NCBI GenBank assembly: GCA_951406725.2
Contig: OX597814.1
Coordinates: 58,218,001-58,282,000, forward strand
Reading direction: 5' to 3'
DNA length: 64,000 nucleotides
Source: Octopus vulgaris
Taxonomy: Eukaryota
Shown here: piece by piece, positions 14,252-27,217 of the stretch
Layout: every line of letters begins with the position of its first letter
How positions within the stretch are numbered: the first letter of the stretch is position 1
Translations under genes and position numbers: made by a program
Notes under the pieces: generated by a model
What the model saw: only the letters and a program-made list of their open reading frames with translations
What the model was told of the DNA's origin: nothing
Database searches by the model: none

Positions 14252-16003
14252 TCAAGAGCTCTTCAGCCACTGATGGGTTGTTGCTTGGTCTACATCAGCA
14301 TTTTGGCTTCGGAGAATATATTGTCCATGCAGGGGCTTCTGGCTCCACCGCCTCTCAATTTGATTCTGCCCGTTCTTTTTTGCAGTCTGCTTGATTCGCT
14401 TTGCTTGCTTGGTAGCAGTGGTTTCCGGCTCTTCATCTGATTCAAGGTTAATGTTTAGTTCCCTTTCGAACTTATAAGATTCCTTGACAATAGAATGCAG
14501 CTTTTTGCTGCTTTCGTGTTCGCACACAAGTCGCAGCATCCAGTCCTTTGTACTAGATAGGTACCTGTTCATTCCTACAGTAGAGGTCTTATAGCACAGC
14601 TCTAATTGCATCATTCCTCTCCCCCCGCTGCTTCTAGGTAGGTACAAGCGGTCTACATCTGCCTTAGGGTGGTGCATGCTCTTGGATGTCAGTAACTTTC
14701 TTGTGTTCCTGTCCAAGCGTTGGAGTTCCGTAAGGTTCCAGTTAATGATGTTAAAACTGTACTGGACTACTGGAAGTGCCAGGGTGTTAATGGCCTCAAT
14801 GCAATTTTCGGAGTTGAGTTCAGTCTTCAGTACAAGCCTTATTCTCCTATAGTATTCCTTTCTTATTTTTTCTTTCATAGTAGCATGATGTATACCATCT
14901 CCTTCGTTGATTCCTAGGTATTTGTAACTTTCCTGTGGGTCAAGTTCCTTGATGGTAGTGTCAATATCTAATTTAACAGAAGCTGTTTGCCTGAGCTTGC
15001 CTCTTACAAAAGTTGCTTTAGCACACTTATCAAGGCCAAAATCCATTCCGATATCATTGCTAAACTCTTTAACAGTTGTTAGCAGCCCTTCTAGCTCTTG
15101 GTCATTCCTGGCAAACAGCTTTAGGTCGTCCATATAGAAAAGGTGGTTTATTAACTTACTAAAAACTTTGTACCCATATCTGGTACTATCCAATTCGTTT
15201 GAGAGTGGGATCAGTGCCATGCAAAAAAGTAATGGAGAGAGGGAGTTACCTTGAAAGATGCCTCGTTTGATGTTGATGCTGTTGGACTGGCTCATCCCAT
15301 TACTATGGCTTAGAAAGAGACGTGTGTTCCACATGGTCATGCTATTCTCTAAGAATTTTGAGACGACAGGAGAGATCTTGTATATCTCAAGGGCCTTGAG
15401 TGTCCATTTATGTGGGACACTGTCATACGCTTTCCTGTAGTCTATCCATGCCATACTCAGGTTTTTGTTTTTGCTCCGGCAATTCTCTACAATCATTCTG
15501 TTTATGAACAATTGGTCTTTGCACCCATAAGAGTTTCTTTTACAACCTTTTTGAGCTTGTGGAAGGATAGAATTTTGTCCAAGGAAAGCGTACATTCTCT
15601 CCGTTATTATGGATGTGAGGATTCTGTTGGTGGTGTTGAGACATGTTATTGGCCGGTAATTCTTTGGGTGTTTTGTGTCTTCGGTTTTAGGTAATAGGTA
15701 GGTGGTTCCTTCAGTCAGCCAAGCAGGTATTTGCTCTGGGTTCTGAATGACATCAGACAGAGATGCAGTGAGATGTTCGTGTACCTCTGTCAAACAATTC
15801 AGCCAGAAGTTAGGGATCCGATCCAGTCCTGGGGTTTTCCATTTATGAGCCTTCCTAAGGACACACCTTAGCTCCTCTATTCCTATTGCTTCCCATTTCT
15901 GTTCTTCAAGTTCATCCAGTCTCTCTTTCTCACGTTCTATCCAGTCAGCCTCAGCATTAAACTCTTTTTCGTTGCTCCATACCTTCTTCCAGAACTCCTC
16001 CAC
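14252..16003 (-). pseudogene. Non-LTR reverse transcriptase domain
   Basis: KTPGLD, YRPITCL, WIDYRKAYDSV, GIFQGNSLSP, HLFYMDD, YKYLG, LYLPRSSGGRG. Confidence 0.95.
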
Positions 16004-17648
16004 TTCCTCAATCTTAGGTGGATCTTCTATGTGTATTTTATTTTTGCCAATTTCCCTATAAAATTTCTTTGCATCTGTCTTAAAAATTTATTTTGTCGAT
16101 AAAATTTGTTTCTTTTGTCATACCTTCTAAGCCGTTGAGCTTTCAACTGTATCCGTTGTTTCAACAGTTCCTTAGTTGCAGGGAGGTTTATGAGATCTTT
16201 GATTTTATATTTTTGCTTGATTTTTCTAGCTTTTCTCGGCTAGCAAGCTCATCGAGAACTGAAACATCCGCCCGCAGAGATTCAATCTCTTTTTGTATCG
16301 CTACTTTCCACTTAGGAGGTTCATTGACATGCCTGGCCTTTTTCTTTGTCATCTTAATACCTAGTTGGGTAGTTACTACTTTAGCAGTGGAATAAATGAG
16401 ATTATTTAAGGTTGTCAAATCATTCCCCTTATTTCTTAAGATCTTATATGCCATGATTGTGTTGTTATTTCTTGTGCCATTTGAAAACTTTGGTAGTGGT
16501 TCTCTATTAACCGTGTCAGTGAGCTCAATCTTGCCGAGTTCTCTCATAATGTCCACTTTTGCTTCCATAATCTTTTCTCTATTATTCACCTCAAACTCTA
16601 TGTCATATCTATTTTGGTTTTCTTGAGGAAGGTCTACGTTCTCCACTTTTTTCAAATCTCTCGTCTTCGCTATTCTTTGTTTAACTTCCCCATTGGGAAG
16701 TTGATTTGCCGCTTGTACACTGGCTTCTGTGCTACTATTACCTATTTATTCTACATTGTTGCTGTTTTCTTTTGGTCTACCATGAGCTATTAGTGTCCTA
16801 ATTTTGTCAATTTCAGCGTCAGTTAGTCTTTTGTTTTTAATTATATCTCTGCGTACATTACTTAATTTATTTGCGTCTATTTATCTACGTACGTCATTGC
16901 CTACTGAATTTCTCCATGAGATGTATGTTTGTACACTGAGGTTATTGTTTGGGTTTAGTTGGGCTGTATAAAAAGCTTTCAACACATCTCTATAGTCCTC
17001 TCTGGTCCATTTTATACGTTTTGCTTTAGGTGGTGTCTTTGGTGGTGTCACTACAAGTCCAGAGTTAGAAGTATTCTGGTTCTGGTCACCTGGTAGATCG
17101 TCTTTTTGAGAGTTTGTTCCAGCAGCAAACTTTTCGACCCCAGTCTGGTTCCCTACTGGGTAACGCGGTCCTTGTTGTCCCGGGCGATGACCGATCCGGC
17201 ATGATTTTTGGCTTGTTTTCATTAAGTGATTGACGGCGACATCAGAGGGGTCCATTTTTTCAGAGTCAACTTTTTCACAAGACGCCGCCTCTGTGACGGT
17301 GATGTTAGAAGAAGGGACTGTTTGTACAGGGTCAATTTTTTGACAAAACACCGCTTCTGAATTATCCGAATTAATATATTGTTCATATCGAACTCGCATA
17401 AGACTTACAGATCGAAATTCGCCTCTATTTATTTTGGTAGTCATGTTTCCGGGCATAACTGTTCAGTGACTTTCTAAATTCAGTGACCAATTTGCTCTTT
17501 TTTGCGTTTGTTCGTGAAAAATCGCTTTGTTTTTGTTTTGTTTTCGTCCGCGTAACGTGGTTTTTCTTTCTGTGTGTACGTGTGAGCGCGTGTAAGCATT
17601 ATTTATGCTTTATAATTAAAATGTGTACATGTATGCACACATACATTA

Positions 17649-17679
<31 letters not shown>

Positions 17680-17699
17680 AATTATTATTATTGTTATTA

Positions 17700-18233
17700 T
17701 TGAGTGCGAGAGCAGTGCATGCCATCAAAGTGACACAGGGGTAAAATATACGAAGCCCAGTATATCCATCATGCATTAGGCACATGCATCACAACCATAT
17801 GTGCACGACATGGTGATCTCATATAAAGATAAACAGCACATGGCCTCGCAGGTGGGGCCCAGTTAGAATTTTCTTCAGATCGAGTAACACATCCCGCTCA
17901 AAAGGTCCCTGAATAAGGGTTGTTTAAGGATGTTGAACGAAACACCCATGTTTGCAGAAGTGAATTATTCAAACCCTTAAGAATCCCTCTCAACATATAG
18001 CTATGATGCTCCCCTGCTAATTCTGCTCATGATCAGATATGCACATATCGTCAGCCACTAACGGACATGGTCAACTGGTTAAGGTTAAACAACTGACAAG
18101 CAAATCTGTGGTATTGAGCAGAATATTTGCTGTAGACCATCTTTTATACCAAGACAAAACAATGTACATGATAACACTTCCAATCAGTTAAGATCAGAAG
18201 CTATGAGAGCCACTGCCTGGTACTGTATCAGGG
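17700..18233 (-). mobile_element. ~530-bp non-coding interspersed element with (TAA)n tail
   Basis: Homologous copies at 52544-52950 and 53470-54001 on the + strand, and a tail-only piece near 51047. Ends ...ctctcgcactcAATAATAA. Confidence 0.8.
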
Positions 18234-19064
18234 TATCTTATTATCATAAATATAAAGATGTAAACAAACTAAAACAATTTAGCAACAGTAAAATACTTTT
18301 AAAGTTATTTTCAACAGCTGCTGAGAAATTTCAGCGCCTGTATTTAAAAGGAGAGAGACATTACTTTACAATGTTCGTAACACATTGTAAATGTCGGGGC
18401 TACTTGCAAAAATATGTTTTTAAATTTCAAATATAATATAAGTAAAATGTATTTGTAGTGTTTCTTAAAACGCAGAAGAAAATAATCAACGATTGAGTTG
18501 GGAGTTAGAATGTAACATCAATAGAGAACAGACTATTCAAAAATTGATTTAGCGATATTTGAGAAAAGTACTGACACGATAACTAATGCTAATTATTGTT
18601 CAAAGATTAATTGGAGAGCTTCTCTGTACCTCGTAAAAACAAATTCTGGAATAAAATAAATATTTATGTTATTAAAGTAATTTTAAGTTCCTTTGACAGA
18701 GTATCTTCTATCTAACATATATCATTGTAATTCAAGAATATTCCTTGAACACAACTATGAAAACTGTATTTAAACTAAGAAATGAATACGTCGAATATGT
18801 AACTCTACATAGTTGCTATTATGTTAAACAGTTGTATGTCCAGATTTGGCCAAATGCGTATTGTTCAATATTTATATTTGCTTGCAATAGTCGGTTCGTT
18901 TGGTTAAAATATCGTATCTCCAGCTGCTTCAGATGCGCCAAGATATCAAAATTTCTTCAAGTGTGGTACAACGGTTTTGCTGTGGAATGGTGAATCTATA
19001 TTTTTGACTCCCTAAAAAGCAACGCTTCGGACTTAAGTCACTTTTGCATAACGGCATTTTTATA

Positions 19065-19277
19065 TTCTTTTCTACTCTTGGCACAAGGCTAGACATTTTG
19101 GGGGGTGGGGTGGCAGATGATCAGATCGACTTCTGTACGAAACCGGTAATTTACCGACCCCGAAAGGATGAATGGTAAAGTCGACTTCGACGGAATTTGA
19201 ACTCAGAACGTAGCAGCAGAAGAAATACCGCTGAGCATTTCACTCGGCGTGCTAATGTTTTTGCCAGTTTGCTACCT
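19065..19277 (-). mobile_element. Abundant tRNA-derived SINE (Nin/Deu-like domain)
   Basis: Reverse complement of the 31318-31550 family (gagttcaaattcc B box; catcctttcggggtcg). Confidence 0.85.
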
Positions 19278-20149
19278 TTCCTTACTTCTATATTATAAAT
19301 TATATGCCTATACTTATTATTCCATCTTTTATAGACATAAATATCTTTAATTTTTTATCGGTTAGAGCAATATTTTCCATTACCTCTGTTCATGATATTC
19401 TCAGGAAGACACATCTTTCTTCTAAGCGTAATTCCATACTAACTATGCAACCCATTCTATGAAGCTAGAAGTCTCTGTATATAATATTTATGTGATCTCT
19501 TCTATGACATCTTTGAACTATCCTTTCATCTATTATTGTCTTTCACTATATTATCCCTTACATATTTAAGTAACACATCATCTACACTTGTAGAGCATCT
19601 CTGCACAATTTTATTCACATTCATTAAGCGAAATATTTTTTACTCATACCTATTAATATATTTGTATTTTTAATTCACACTTTACTTTCAGCTGGTCCTT
19701 TGAAGTATTATCACAATTAGATATCAATGGAATGTATGTATGAATAACCATGTGTGTTACACACACACATGCATACATAGATACATATATATGTTTATGT
19801 GTGTACATGTGTGTGTGTGCGCGCCTGAGTGGGAGCGCATGCATGCACACATGTGTACATTTGTGTGGGAAACCAACGGTCTGAACCCAATAACCGATAA
19901 TGACATTTAGATTCATTTTATAGGAATGTTACGTGCATGACGGAAAATAATAGCAGTGAAAATATTAGGTCATAAACAGGACTACAACATCAAATTCACT
20001 CTGAACATTATTGAAATTTAATATACGGATGATTGTTATCAATACGGATTGCAATCCAAGTTGGTGAAAATGAGTGTAGCACAACAATATTCCCTTTCTA
20101 TACATCAGTACATATATTCAATTTATCTATGCACTGAATTATCTCTTTA

Positions 20150-20530
20150 TGAGTGTATGCCTCCCATCCACGTTTGCATTGTTCAGTCCCACTGTATGGC
20201 ACCTTGAGCAAGTGTCTTCTAGTATAACCTCGGGCCACTAAAGCCTTGTGAGTGGATTTGGTAGACGAAAACTGAAATAAGCCAGTCGTGAATATATATA
20301 TATATGCTAGGTATTTGTATGTGTGTATTTGTCCACCCACCATAACTTGACAACCGATGTTGGTGTGTTTACATCCCCGTTACTTAATGAGTCAGTAAAA
20401 ATAACCGATAGAATGAGTACTAGGCTTACACAGAATATGTCCTGGTTTCGATTTGTTCGACTAAAAGCAGTGCTGTAGTATGACCACAGTCTAATAAATG
20501 TAACAAGTAAAATAGTAAAATAATATAAAA
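20150..20530 (+). mobile_element. CORE-type SINE with internal microsatellite and CR1-like 3' tail
   Basis: gttcagtcccactgtatggcaccttgagcaagtgtcttct...gtggatttggtagacg...(TA)...gatagaatgagtactagg...cacagtctaat. Confidence 0.8.
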
Positions 20531-20594
20531 GAATATTCACACAAACACAGGTACAACACACACACACGCACGCACACACACACACACAAATATA

Positions 20595-21789
20595 TATTGG
20601 TTTGTGTTATAAATAATTTACAATTTTGTTAAATACCTTTACTTATGAAAAAATTTTATAAAGAATTATTTTCAATTCTCTTGAGTAAAATTCGGCTGGT
20701 CTTAACATGATGAAGCTTTCCACGCACTTTTCACCTGATTGTGTTGAAGAAACTTTTCCCCATCACAGCATTTACAAGAGGGCGAAGAAGATGGAAATCA
20801 GTTGGTGCAAGGTGCAGCGAATATGGTGGATGGAGTACGACACACCAGCCCAATATTTTATTCTGTATGATCCTTGCTGAATGTAGTTTTGTGTTATAAT
20901 AGAGAAGCACAATGTTTCTACTATTTACGAGTGCAAGACATTTTCTTAAAAGTTTTTCATTAACATGTTGTAGCTGTTGAGAGTACATGTCGGCTTTAGT
21001 TTTTGTGGTTTAAAAAACTCAAGATGAATAAGACTGCGGTGATTCCGCTATTCACACAGCATAACCTTCATTCAATAGAGCTCAGTTTTCGAGATATGTT
21101 GCGGAGGTTTATCCTTGTCAGTCCACTGCATTTTGCATTCAACATTGTCATAAAAATCCTCTTTCCATCATCTGTAATATTTTTGAGAAACGGGTTATTT
21201 TTCTACGTTGAAAGAAGACATGTCTCTATGGACAGGTGATCTCCCCTATTCTTCTCACTAAGAGTAAGGGGAACACGAACACCCAGGTTACTGATTTTTC
21301 CTATCTTTTCAAAGTGGTGGCAGATGGTGGATGGGGATATGTTGAGCTCAAATTCTAATTCCGGAGTACTTTTACAAGGATTGAATTCCAATAATTCTTT
21401 TAAAACGTCATGTTCGATGTCTGATGAACGTTCTGGTACAAAATCTAATGAGCGTCATCTCTCAGTGACAAATCTCTGGAAGGAAATATTGAAAACTAAT
21501 TTGGCACTTGCTAGTCAGTAATGACACCTTGGCCATAAACACTGCATATTTTCTTAGCTATTACTAAGACATTTTCTTCGTTCTCAAACTCTCAGAATAT
21601 CACATGTTTAATATGCACTTCCAGTCCATCCATTTTAGGGGAGTAAAATTTAATATTAAACTTTAATGTGCACATTTTTATTGTTTAAATACGAACGACA
21701 GAAGAGGGTCTTTTAAAGCGGTAGTTTCCATTTCAAATTTAAACATCTGATGTTTGAAAAGTGTCATTGCACTTTACTTCCAAAAATAG

Positions 21790-21790
<1 letters not shown>
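20595..21790 (-). mobile_element. Degenerate mariner (Tc1/mariner) DNA transposon
   Basis: VLHPPYSLHLAPTDFHL matches the mariner YSPDLAPSD motif; GVRVPLTLSE matches WVPHEL; an HTH-like segment is present. TA-bounded, TIR-like end near 20596. Confidence 0.85.
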
Positions 21791-21828
<38 letters not shown>

Positions 21829-22017
21829 TACTTGATTCTTTTACTTGTCTCAGTCATTAGACTGCAGCCACGCTACTGGTAATTCCCGGGTACGTAAACA
21901 CATCAACATCAGTAGTTAAGCGTTGGCGGTGGAGAAGCACAAACACACACAAACACGCACACACATTGACACACACGTGGATATACATACATACGCATAC
22001 ACACATACACACACATG

Positions 22018-22070
<53 letters not shown>

Positions 22071-22239
22071 TATCAATAAATGAAAATAAAGAAGACAAAT
22101 TAAAAAGATGCTTGGTTTGTTGTATTTGTATTACAATTGGAAAAATAATGTAAATTAAAAGATGAAAAAATATACCTATAAGAATATAAAAGGAACCACT
22201 CCAGCAATATTAACGAAACATCAATAGATATAACTTTAA

Positions 22240-23042
22240 AAGATGCAATAATCTGTATATTGTTAGATCTCTTCAGGAAAAATAAGTGTATTTTACTTCC
22301 AAAATCAGAAATTATTTATGACTCTGCGATTTTTGTCATGCACAGGAAGTTGGAACAAGGAGCCAACGTGAAATTTTGCCTTAAACTTGGGAAGTCTGCT
22401 ACTGAGGCATTGAGCATGCTCCAGGAAATTTATGGTGATGTGACAATAGATCTTACACAATATTTCGAGTAGGACGAGCGCTTCAAATGCATAATTTCAT
22501 GGAAGACGATGAACGATTTGAAAGAGCTGCAAAGAACGTTTCCTCTGGAAATATGGAGAATATTCGTCAGCTGGTGCATGGAGATTTTTGGGAGACAATC
22601 GACGATATTGCTGCTGTCGTTGCTTTGTCGTATGGGTCCGTGCAGGCAATCCTAACGTCGGTTTCTTCACAGCGACAATGCACTCTGTTGCCGAACTCTA
22701 CTCACTAGTGAAGTTTTCGACAAAAACAACATACTATCGCTTCCACACCCACCCTATTTTCTAGATTTAGCCTCTGCGCGCTTCCATGTCTACTCCTAGG
22801 TGAAATGCAGCGCAAAGGTTGCCCTTTTAACACCGTTGTCGAGATCCAGAGCGAATCGCAGAAGGTTTTCGATTCGCTTACGGAAAACGATTTCCAGGCC
22901 TGATTCCAAAAGCGGCAGGAATGCTGCGACTGGGATATTGCTGCGCAAGGGGATTATTTCGAAGTAGATGATGTTAAAGGCTAAATAGGTTCTTTAGAAT
23001 TAAACATAATTAGTCCCGGAGCACTTTGATACCACCTCGTTA
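22240..23042 (+). mobile_element. Internally deleted mariner remnant (second family)
   Basis: EQGANVKFCLKLGKSATEALSMLQEIYGD N-terminal HTH; PHPPYFLDLA near 22743; 3' TIR-like agtcccggagcactttgataccacctcg. Confidence 0.85.
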
Positions 23043-23203
23043 TATAAACATGCTTGCATACAAACGCATATACATTCCTTTGCGCACGTGTATGTATGCA
23101 TACAGAGAGAGAGGGGGGACAGGGGGGAGAGAGAGTGAGAGAGTGAGTGAGTCAGAGAGAGAGAGGAGGAGGGAGGAAGAGAGAGGGAGAGAGGGAGTGA
23201 GTC

Positions 23204-23234
<31 letters not shown>

Positions 23235-23542
23235 TAGTGTAAACGAACAGATATATTACAAATCATCAGCACGATCTTACTGAAGTCTCATCATAATGTC
23301 ATTGCCAAGAAACTTAGTATTGACCCATGTATTCAATCATCATGACATGAAAGAATAATTTACTGCCAGTCATTTAACAAACATTGGTCTTCTTCTATTT
23401 GTCGTTCTGCATGCACATTGCCAAATGTTATTATTTTACATTGCACTTATCTGAGAACAGACATGTCTATAATTGGTAAAAAAAAAAATCTATCAACCAT
23501 GAACAATGCTAAAATATCTGGCAAGCATATCTGATTATATAT

Positions 23543-23601
<59 letters not shown>

Positions 23602-23654
23602 CACAGATATATATATATAACAATTGCAGTGTGGAAGATGTTTATAAACTTTTT

Positions 23655-25215
23655 CGCCACTGTAGATATAAAAACAGGGGCAGTGATGATTGATTACATC
23701 AGTGTAAAAGAAGACGATGTAATAAGGGCTATAGAAGAGATGAACTGGAACTCAGCTACTGCCCTGCAGGATTACCAGCAATCCTTCTAAAATCATGTCA
23801 GAGAGTCCTAGCAAGACCACTTCTGTCTCTCCTCCAGACCTTCCTTGCAAATAGAAAACTTCCAGTATGTTGAAGGAAGGGAAAATATGTTCCATCTGTA
23901 AAGGAGGTAGCAGAGCAGAGGCCCAAAACTACAGACCTATCTCTCTTACCTCACACATTAGTAAAATCATGAAATGAATAGTCAGAAGAAAATTAATCAC
24001 CTTTCTTGAGCAAAATGACTCGCTGACTGACAGCCAACGTGGTTTTCGACCAGGAAGAAGCTGCCTGACACAGCTCTTCCAGCACTATGATTGAATGTTG
24101 AAGCAGCTGCTCAACCACTCAAATGTGGATATAGTATATCTCGACTGTGCAAAGGTTTTTGATAAAATCGATCATGGAATGATATATCATAAACTGCGTG
24201 ATCTCGACATCGTCACGAAATTGGGAAAATGGCTATATGACTTTCTGAAAGATAGAATTCAAGCAGTAGTGGTCAATGTGGCCACTTCCTATGACACTCA
24301 AATACTGAGTGGTGTTCCGCAAGGCATTGTTCTAGGACTACTAATATTTATAATGTCCCTCTCAGATATGACCTCCGCCACACAGAGAGCCACGATCACA
24401 AGTTATGCAGATGCAACAAACGTCTCACGGGTGATAGAGAACCCTGAAGTCGCTATGCACCTGCAATGTGAGTTAGAGGAAATATACAAGTGGGTTAAGA
24501 AGAATAGCATGCAGTTAACTGCTGAAAAGTTTCAAGCCCTATGCTATCATTACGCAAAACAAAATGCAATACCCATTAAATACACTGGACCAATTCCAGA
24601 GACACAGTCAGTGCGTGACCTTGGCATTTACGTGTGTAAGGAAGCATCATTCTTTGAACATGTTGCTAAGTTGGCAATGAAATGTAGGCGGCTGGCTGGC
24701 TGGATCCTTAGAGCTTTTAAATAGAGAGATCAAGAAAGCATGATGGTCCTCTGGAGGACATTTGTCCTAGGCCGCTTTAACTTTTGCTCCTAGATATGGT
24801 TACCAACCAGTGTAAGATTAATTACAGAACTTGATGCAATCCAACGTATCTAGACGAAGATAGCCTCTTTGCAGCATATAAGCTACTGAGGAAGACTCAA
24901 GAGATTGAGACTCTATCCTCTGCAGAGTAGGCAGGAGAGATGTGCTGTAATATACATCTGGGAGATCTTAGAGGAACTTTTCACAAACTTGTGAATTGGT
25001 AGTTACTCTAACTGTAGAACATGGCTCCAATGCACAGTGCCAAAAACTCCAACTTTGCCATCAAAATATAGGACCAGATATTGCAATAGCCTGGCATTTA
25101 ATTGGTCACAGCTCTTCAATATCATCCTGAAGGAGTTGAGAGAGCTATATAAGGTGGATAGGGATGTCTTCAAGATAAAGCTAGTTATCTTACTGTCAAG
25201 TGTCTCAGATGAATC
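23655..25215 (+). mobile_element. 5'-truncated, decayed CR1-type LINE (RT and 3' region)
   Basis: ORF 24095-24724 has YLDCAKVFDKI, SGVPQGIVLG, SYADA. Collinear with 59300-60900; many stops. Confidence 0.9.
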
Positions 25216-25463
25216 AAATATATTATATTATTTCGTTGATATCGCGATTGGTTTCAGCTGCTTTACGTCCTTTTCGAAGTAAATAGCAAAATTGCTCGAA
25301 TATCGCGCTGTGACTTCCATTCCAGATAATTGCAACAACGGTGAAATAGATACCAATGCTAATTTATCGGTGCATTTGTGGAAGTCTATGTTTGTAATTC
25401 GAAACACTGCAAATACCGGTACGCATCTTTTATAGTTTGAAATATTGCTTACATTTTACTCAA

Positions 25464-25539
<76 letters not shown>

Positions 25540-25750
25540 TATATCTAAATGTCTCAACGAGACATGAGCGGTGGTGGAGCGATAGATTGGTTGTATAAAG
25601 TCAACATAACGTGACAGTCCCATAGAGGGAATTACACCACCGCTATATAGCCCTAGGAAACATCGACGCTTCCTTTCGGATTTCACACATTTCCTGTGTC
25701 CTCATGTTTGCAAAGAGGAGGCAAGCACCCCCACCAGCTAGAACTAGCAA

Positions 25751-25796
25751 CCTGGAGACATGCATGTTTCTGGGTCTTGCCCGTCGTCAGTCCAGG
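25751..25796 (-). ncRNA. Type I hammerhead ribozyme motif
   Basis: CCTGGA-CTGACGA-c-GGG-caaga-CCC-a-GAAA-CATGCATG-TC-TCCAGG: perfect 6-bp stem I, palindromic stem III (ACATGCATGT), GUC cleavage triplet. Confidence 0.85.
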
Positions 25797-25950
25797 GTAG
25801 CGTGTCCTCGCTAGCGGTGATGCTTACCAAGCCTTCGCAAATATATCTATTTACAGTGAAATTCATTCACTGGTCACCGTAATTAGAAATATTGAATTTC
25901 TAAATGTTTCAACGAGACATGAGCGGTCACCGCTAGCAAGGACACGCTAC

Positions 25951-25996
25951 CCTGGACTGACGACGGGCAAGACCCAGAAACATGCATGCTTCTAGG
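25951..25996 (+). ncRNA. Inverted copy of the hammerhead with mutated cleavage site
   Basis: Same core, but GUC has become GCU and the stem I 3' strand reads TCTAGG. Confidence 0.7.
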
Positions 25997-26156
25997 TTGC
26001 TAGTTCTAGCTGGTGGGGGTGCTTGCCTCCTCTTTGCAAATATAAGGACACAGGAAATGTGTCAAAGCCGACAGGAAACCTCGATGCTTCCTGGGGCTAA
26101 ATAGCGGTGGGTAATTCCCTCTACGGGACTGTCACGTTATGTTGACTTTATACAAC

Positions 26157-26201
<45 letters not shown>

Positions 26202-26348
26202 AAATACAGTGTATATTTAAACACGTGAGGAATCCACTCGTGGGATTCAACACGCTAGCAAGAACAGCTCGGTTCCATAACCACAAAATTAGGGACAAAA
26301 TTCGACAGGAACGAAATGAAAAAATAAAAACATTTTACCATCTAGTTA

Positions 26349-26426
26349 CCTGGACCAATTGCTTTCTGATTTTAGTTTAGCAAGTAAAATAACATATACT
26401 CGCTAGGTGAAATCGTCCTCAGCAGG
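26349..26426 (-). ncRNA. Hammerhead motif with extended stem II, inside a small element with a 36-bp inverted repeat
   Basis: CCTG-CTGAGGA-c-GATTT..TAGCGAGTA-loop-TACTTGCTA..AAATC-a-GAAA-gCAATTGg-TC-CAGG. Inverted repeat 26287-26322 / 26485-26520. Confidence 0.75.
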
Positions 26427-26903
26427 AACACCCTGGGTAAAATAAATAAACACGAGGCGAATTATGTGTCTCTTGTTTATACAGTTTTCATTTCGTTCCT
26501 GTCGAATTTTATCCCTAATTGTATAATAATAGGTATTTTGTATAATATTGCCTAATAATTTTGCTATGATGATTCTAATATATTCTTTATTCTTGTAAAA
26601 AATATCTGTATATATATATACGATCTTGTAGTGACCATAAATTAGAAATCGGTAGCTAAATATAAGACAGAAGAACGATGCAAAAACGAAATGTAACGGC
26701 GAATTGTGAAAATAATTGAAGCGCTTTTATAATCCAAAATTTCAATATTCGTTGACAGAACAACGTAACAGAGATCGTGGACACGGAACAATCGGTCCAT
26801 GTGTCGCAGAATTTACCATCTTTCTCTCTGCCTCCCTCTGCCTACATATATGAATGTATATATCGATATGTTTATATGTTTAGATCTCTCTCTCTTTATA
26901 TTG

Positions 26904-26946
<43 letters not shown>

Positions 26947-27060
26947 ATATTTCGGAATGGTCATTTTGCCAGTTTAGCCAATAAAAACACACGCACTATA
27001 TATTTGGTGTTACTTTGTTTCAGTGTTATTTATTTTTTACATTAATCTTAATCTTATTTC

Positions 27061-27105
27061 GGCCAGAGTTCTTTCGTCACACTCCTGTGACCGCATCAGT
27101 GGTCC
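27061..27105 (-). ncRNA. Atypical minimal hammerhead-like motif
   Basis: GGACCA-CTGATGC-g-GTCAC-aggagt-GTGAC-GAAA-GaaC-TC-TGGCC; A9 is replaced by C. Lies in a ~210-bp unit between two (TA)n runs. Confidence 0.55.
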
Positions 27106-27146
27106 TTTGTTTTCTTCTCACTTATTTGTGTCTCTCCTTACTAACC

Positions 27147-27217
<71 letters not shown>

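Larger units (their letters stand above)
13432..17643 (-). mobile_element. Near-full-length R4/Dong-clade non-LTR retrotransposon (single ORF: RT plus restriction-like endonuclease), disrupted
   Basis: Collinear ORF pieces 17456-16881 (KRIKWTREDY, Myb-like), 16655-16188, 16003-14252 (RT) and 14251-13583 (RLE). (TAA)-type repeats on both sides. Clade assignment is from motif style only. Confidence 0.9.
25532..26157 (-). mobile_element. Retrozyme-like non-coding element: 350-bp unit with ~40-bp terminal redundancy plus ~230-bp inverted copy
   Basis: Direct repeat 25532-25572 / 25882-25927; inverted repeat 25589-25820 / 25927-26157; each arm carries an HHR motif; flanked by (TA)n and (CT)n(TA)n. 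Confidence 0.8.

Noticed and set aside
13979-16626. Plus-strand ORFs overlapping the R4 element (likewise minus-strand ORFs over 58.3-60.9 kb)
   Set aside because: Antisense shadows of retroelement coding sequence.
25241-25285. TCGAAAA...GAAACCAATC hammerhead-like string on the minus strand
   Set aside because: Core and all three stems are imperfect; cannot be supported.
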